Under the pieces are notes generated by a model that did not search any database, was not told the DNA's origin, and saw nothing but the letters and a program-made list of their open reading frames with translations. Below, piece after piece: positions 60,251 through 64,000 of a stretch of DNA of 64,000 nt. Every line of letters begins with the position of its first letter. Within the stretch, counting starts at the first letter, position 1. The DNA comes from an uncultured Alphaproteobacteria bacterium (GTDB lineage Bacteria; Pseudomonadota; Alphaproteobacteria; Caulobacterales; Aquidulcibacteraceae). Position numbers and translations under genes: made by a program. The stretch is from the NCBI GenBank assembly GCA_963732745.1, contig CAVTAT010000002.1, positions 192,772 to 256,771 on the forward strand, written 5' to 3'.

Positions 60251-62780
60251 GTTTGGCGCCATATTCCCACACGCCGTCGCGGCTTGAAGACTTCCTGCCC
60301 TGGGGTTTCCTGGTCGCGCCGGGCGTGATCCTCAACAAGGACGGCTCGTTCCAGAAGAGCGCGCGCTTTCGCGGACCGGATGTGCGCTCGGCGACGCCGG
60401 AGGAACTCATTTCCTTCACCGCGCGCGCCAACAACGTGTTCAAGCGCCTGGGCAGCGGCTGGGCGCTTTATATCGAGGCCGAACGCCGCGAAATTCGCGA
60501 CTACCCTTCCGGCGATTTCGCCGACGACGCCTCGCGTCTCGTCGACGCCGAACGCGCCGCCCAATTTGAGCAGGCGGGCGCGCAATTCGAGACCATCCAT
60601 CATATCACCTTGCAATGGGCGCCGCCGGCCGATGCCACCCGCCGCGCCTCGGCTTTCTTCTTCGAAATTGACCAGGCCAATGATGAGGGCGAGCCCACAA
60701 AGAAAAAAGACCGCGCTGAACGCATCGCCGCCGCCAAGGCGGCCGACACCCGCTTCGCCAAGGAGGCGCTCGATCATTTCGAGCGCACGGCGTCCTGGGC
60801 GCTTGGGCTGTTCGAAGGCCTGACGGTCGATTTCCATGCGCTGGGTGACGACGAGACGCTGACTTATCTGAAGCGCACGATCTCCCCCAAGCCCCACAAG
60901 GTGCGCGCCCCAGCAAGCGCGGCGTTCCTCGACGGCTTGCTCTGCGACGCGGCGCTGGTCGGCGGCGCCGCGCCCGTGCTCGGCGGCAAGCATTTGCGCG
61001 TGCTCACCATCAAGGGCTTTCCGCCCTTCACCGCGCCCGGCATTCTCGATGATCTCAATGCACTCGGGGATTTCGTATCGCTGGATGACGCGCTTCCTCT
61101 GCCTCGACCGCACCGAGGCGGAAAAGGAATTGGTCAAATGGCGCCGGCTTTGGTTTTCCAAACACAAATCGCTCGCGGCGCTGTTCAAGGAAATGCTGAC
61201 CAAGGAAGCAGCCGCGCTCTCCAATCCCGATGCTCTGGCCAAGACCGCGGAAGTCGATGCGGCGTTGCTGGAATTGGGGGCCGAAGCTGATCGGCTTTGG
61301 CTATCTGACGGCGACGCTGGTTGTGCTCGGCGAAACCGCCGTGGACGCCGACGAAAAGTTGCGCCTGGCCGAGCGGGTGATCAATGCGCGCGGCTTCGTC
61401 ACCGTCACTGAAACTCTGAACGCGGTCGAAGCATGGCTCTCCAGCATTCCGGGCCAAGCCTACGCCAATGTCCGCCATCCCATCGTCTCGACCCTCAACC
61501 TCGCGCATGTGGCGCCGCTTGCGACTTCCTGGGCGGGCGAGGACTGGAACCGCCATCTGGATGCGCCGCCGCTGATCCTGGCGCGCACCGATGGATCGAC
61601 GCCGTTCCGGCTCGATCTCTTTGTCGGCGATGTCGGCCACACGCTTGTGGTCGGACCGACCGGCGCCGGCAAATCCGTGCTGCTTGTCGCTGCTCGCTTT
61701 GCAATGGCGTCGTTATTCCGACGCGCAGATATTCATCTTTGACAAGGGCGGCTCGGCGCGTGCGGCGGTGCGCGCCATGGGCGGCGAGGCGATCGATCTC
61801 GGCGCCAGCGATGCGCCGGCGTTCCAACCCTTGGCCCGCATCGATGATGCCCATGAGCGCTCCATCGCGCTCGATTGGGTGATGGGGCTGCTCGCCCAAG
61901 AGGAGGCGGCGACTTCGCCCGGAGCTTAAGGAAAAAATCTGGGCGGCGCTGACCAGCCTTGCCTCCGCGCCGGCCGCGCAACGCCATCTCACGGGCTTGC
62001 GCCTGCTGGTGCAGGACGCCCACGCGCAAGCGGCCCTGCTTCCCTACACCCAGGACGGGGCGCATGGCGCCATCTTCGACGGCGCCGAAGAGCGGCTCCA
62101 GCTCTCCGATATCCTGCTCTTTGAGATGGAAGAGATCATGAGCCGGCCGAAGGCCGCCGCGCCCGCGCTTGCTGCATCTTTTCCATCGCCTGGAAGAGAT
62201 GTTCGACGGTAAGCCGACCTTGCTCATCCTCGATGAGGCCTGGGTGTTTCTGGATTCGCCGCTCTTCGCCGCGCGCATTCGCGAATGGCTGAAGACATTG
62301 CGCAAGAAGAACGTCGCCGTGGTGTTCGCCACCCAATCGCTCGCCGACATCGCCAATTCGGCGATTGCGCCGGCTTTGGTGGAATCGTGTCCGACCCGCA
62401 TCTATCTGCCGAACGAGCGCGCCTTTGAGCCGCAACAGCGCCGCGCCTACGAGCAATTCGGTCTCAACGAAACCGAGATCGAACTGATCGCCAATGCGCA
62501 GCGCAAGCGCGATTATTATTATGCCAGCCCGAAAGGCCGGCGCGTGTTCGATCTCGCGCTCGGTCCCGTCGCGCTCGCTTTTTGCGCCGCGTCCGATCCG
62601 GCCTCGCGCGCGCTGATCACGCAATTGGAAAAAGCGAACACGCCCAGAACAAAGTTCTGGAAATCGCTCTTGGCCGCCCGCAGACTCGATTGGGTTCTGG
62701 AGGCGCTGGGTGAGACCGTGATCGAACCGGTCACGTCAAGCAAAGCGACCTCCGCCCTAATTCTGGAGGAAGTCCCATGA
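60244..62780 (+). CDS. trbE: TrbE/VirB4 ATPase, frameshifted
   Basis: LPWGFLVAPGVILNKDGSFQ, DVGHTLVVGPTGAGKS, LDEAW and WLKTLRKKN. Confidence 0.92.
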
Positions 62781-63130
62781 TCGGTTTGTCGTTCTCACTG
62801 ATGATTTCCGGCGCCGTGTTCGGCTTTGCCTATGGCGCCGTCTCGCTCGCAATCCCGTTGGTTCCCGACACTGATCCGCTGACCGCGACGGGCATCGGTT
62901 TTTCGCTCGGCCTCGGTGCAAGCCTCATCGTCAGCGCGCTCGCAATCCTCACTGCTATCGCGCGTGTTGCTCTCGCGCTTGTATTGGCCGCCGTGCCGCT
63001 GGTGCGTTGGTTCGCCGACCTTCTGATCGATCCGTTCGGGCGCCGCCAACGCGTCCAAGAACGCGCCCGGGTCGATCGCTTTTTCCCACCCCCCACCATG
63101 ATGGAGCTGAGAAGTCATGCGCAGACGTGA
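62777..63130 (+). CDS. Hypothetical membrane protein between trbE and trbJ
   Basis: 117 aa, mostly hydrophobic; GGAGG RBS; overlaps both neighbours. Confidence 0.7.
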   Translation: MIGLSFSLMISGAVFGFAYGAVSLAIPLVPDTDPLTATGIGFSLGLGASLIVSALAILTAIARVALALVLAAVPLVRWFADLLIDPFGRRQRVQERARVDRFFPPPTMMELRSHAQT

Positions 63131-63836
63131 AATTCTGAAACAAGCCAGCGCTCTATTTGGCGCAATGATCGCGTTCCTCACCGTGTCGCCCGCCGCAAGA
63201 GCGCAATTTGCGGTCATCGATCCGACCAATCTGATCCAGAATGCGCTGACGGCGGCGAGGACGCTGCAGCAGATCAACAATCAAATCCGCAGCCTCGAAA
63301 ACGAAGCGCGGAACCTGATGTCGCTCGGGCGCAGCTTTGCCCCGCAGCTGCTCCAGCGCCTCCAGCAAATCGATCAATTGATGGATTCCGCGCGCGGCGT
63401 GGCGCTGCGCGTCCAGGAAACCCGCGACGCGCTGCAATCGCTCTATAGCGGCGATTATGCCGGAACCAGCGTCGCCGACCGCGCCCGCTCGGCGCAGGCG
63501 CGCATCGACGCGTCGCGGGAGGCGCTGCGCGGCGCCTTGCTGCTGCAGGCGCAAATGACCGAACAAATCCGCGCCGACAGGGGCACGCTGGAGGCTTTGG
63601 CTTCCGCCAGCCAGGGCGCTCAGGGGGCGCTTGCCGCCCAGCAAGCGACCAACGAGCTTCTCGCCTTCCAGGCCGGACAGAACATGCGCCTGCAATCGCT
63701 GTTGGTGGCGCAGTCGCGCGCCGAAGCCATCGAGCGCGCGCGGGAGATGGAGGTGCGCGCCGCCGCCCGCGCCGAACATCAGCGCTTCTTCCAGGGCGCG
63801 ACCAATGCGCATCCCGGCGCGCGGCCTTGGCAATAG
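63117..63836 (+). CDS. trbJ: TrbJ/VirB5
   Basis: VIDPTNLIQNALTAARTLQQINNQI and SQGAQGALAAQQATNELLA. Confidence 0.9.
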   Translation: MRRREILKQASALFGAMIAFLTVSPAARAQFAVIDPTNLIQNALTAARTLQQINNQIRSLENEARNLMSLGRSFAPQLLQRLQQIDQLMDSARGVALRVQETRDALQSLYSGDYAGTSVADRARSAQARIDASREALRGALLLQAQMTEQIRADRGTLEALASASQGAQGALAAQQATNELLAFQAGQNMRLQSLLVAQSRAEAIERAREMEVRAAARAEHQRFFQGATNAHPGARPWQ

Positions 63837-63849
63837 ACGGGCGCAAGCG

Positions 63850-64000
63850 ATGAACGATTTCTCCGCGATCGACGGTTTCCTCGACACCTTCATCCGCTAC
63901 ATCGATTCCGGATTTGGGCTGGTGGCGGGCGATGTCACTTCGCTCGCCGCGATCCTGATCGTCATCGACGTGACGCTGGCGGCTCTGTTCTGGGCCTGGG
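63850..64000 (+). CDS. trbL: TrbL/VirB6 (5' part)
   Basis: IDGFLDTFIRYIDSGFGLVAGDV..L..IDVTLAALFWAW. Confidence 0.88.
   Translation, partial: MNDFSAIDGFLDTFIRYIDSGFGLVAGDVTSLAAILIVIDVTLAALFWAW

Larger units (their letters stand above)
40480..64000. mobile_element. Integrative conjugative element (Tn4371-like Trb/P-type T4SS) inserted at tRNA-Thr; other end outside the window
   Basis: tRNA 3' end followed by integrase, relaxase, ParB, TraF, TraG and trbBCDEJL; left boundary inferred. Confidence 0.88.

Noticed and set aside
59017-61290. 757-aa ORF spanning trbB-trbE
   Set aside because: Chance read-through linking off-frame trbB, the start of trbC and the start of trbE in GC-rich, indel-containing sequence.
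1808-62780. Frameshifts in many genes read as mass pseudogenisation or programmed frameshifting
   Set aside because: They affect housekeeping genes (argG, gltB, htpX) and mobile genes alike, and conserved motifs are intact on both sides. Sequencing indels are the simplest explanation; read polishing would decide.
1-64000. CRISPR array or cas genes
   Set aside because: No regularly spaced repeat-spacer array or Cas motifs seen; the repeats found are dispersed palindromes.
40480-64000. Second att copy (tRNA-Thr 3' end repeat)
   Set aside because: Not seen by eye within the window; presumably beyond 64000.

Overview
GC-rich alphaproteobacterial chromosome segment; gene content suggests Caulobacterales/Hyphomonadaceae, which is inference. 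Many otherwise intact genes (tamA, htpX, kup, argG, amtB, gltB, integrase, relaxase, traG, trbE) are broken by single-base frameshifts, most likely uncorrected long-read indels, so split ORFs are reported as single genes with approximate ends. There are three zones. (1) 1-21.8 kb: housekeeping genes (tamB-tamA, htpX, kup, argG, aminotransferase, amtB-gltD-gltB) with small TA modules and two families of dispersed palindromic repeats. (2) 21.9-40.2 kb: a rearranged aryl-polyene-type (APE) type II PKS/FAS cluster in two converging arms. It carries an MIO ammonia-lyase, a WxWxIP flavin halogenase-like enzyme, a PPTase and a split ApeJ. (3) 40.4-64 kb: an integrative conjugative element inserted at tRNA-Thr(CGT). 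It has a P4-like integrase, DUF3363/VirD2-like relaxase with a candidate oriT, and a decayed defence-like cargo (headless 1223-aa protein, DUF4143 and DUF2971 remnants). It also has a TA pair, ParB preceded by a long hairpin resembling an ssDNA promoter, Fic, TraF, a solo LuxR, and traG-trbBCDEJL running off the window. Family assignments come from motif recognition only; no database searches were run.
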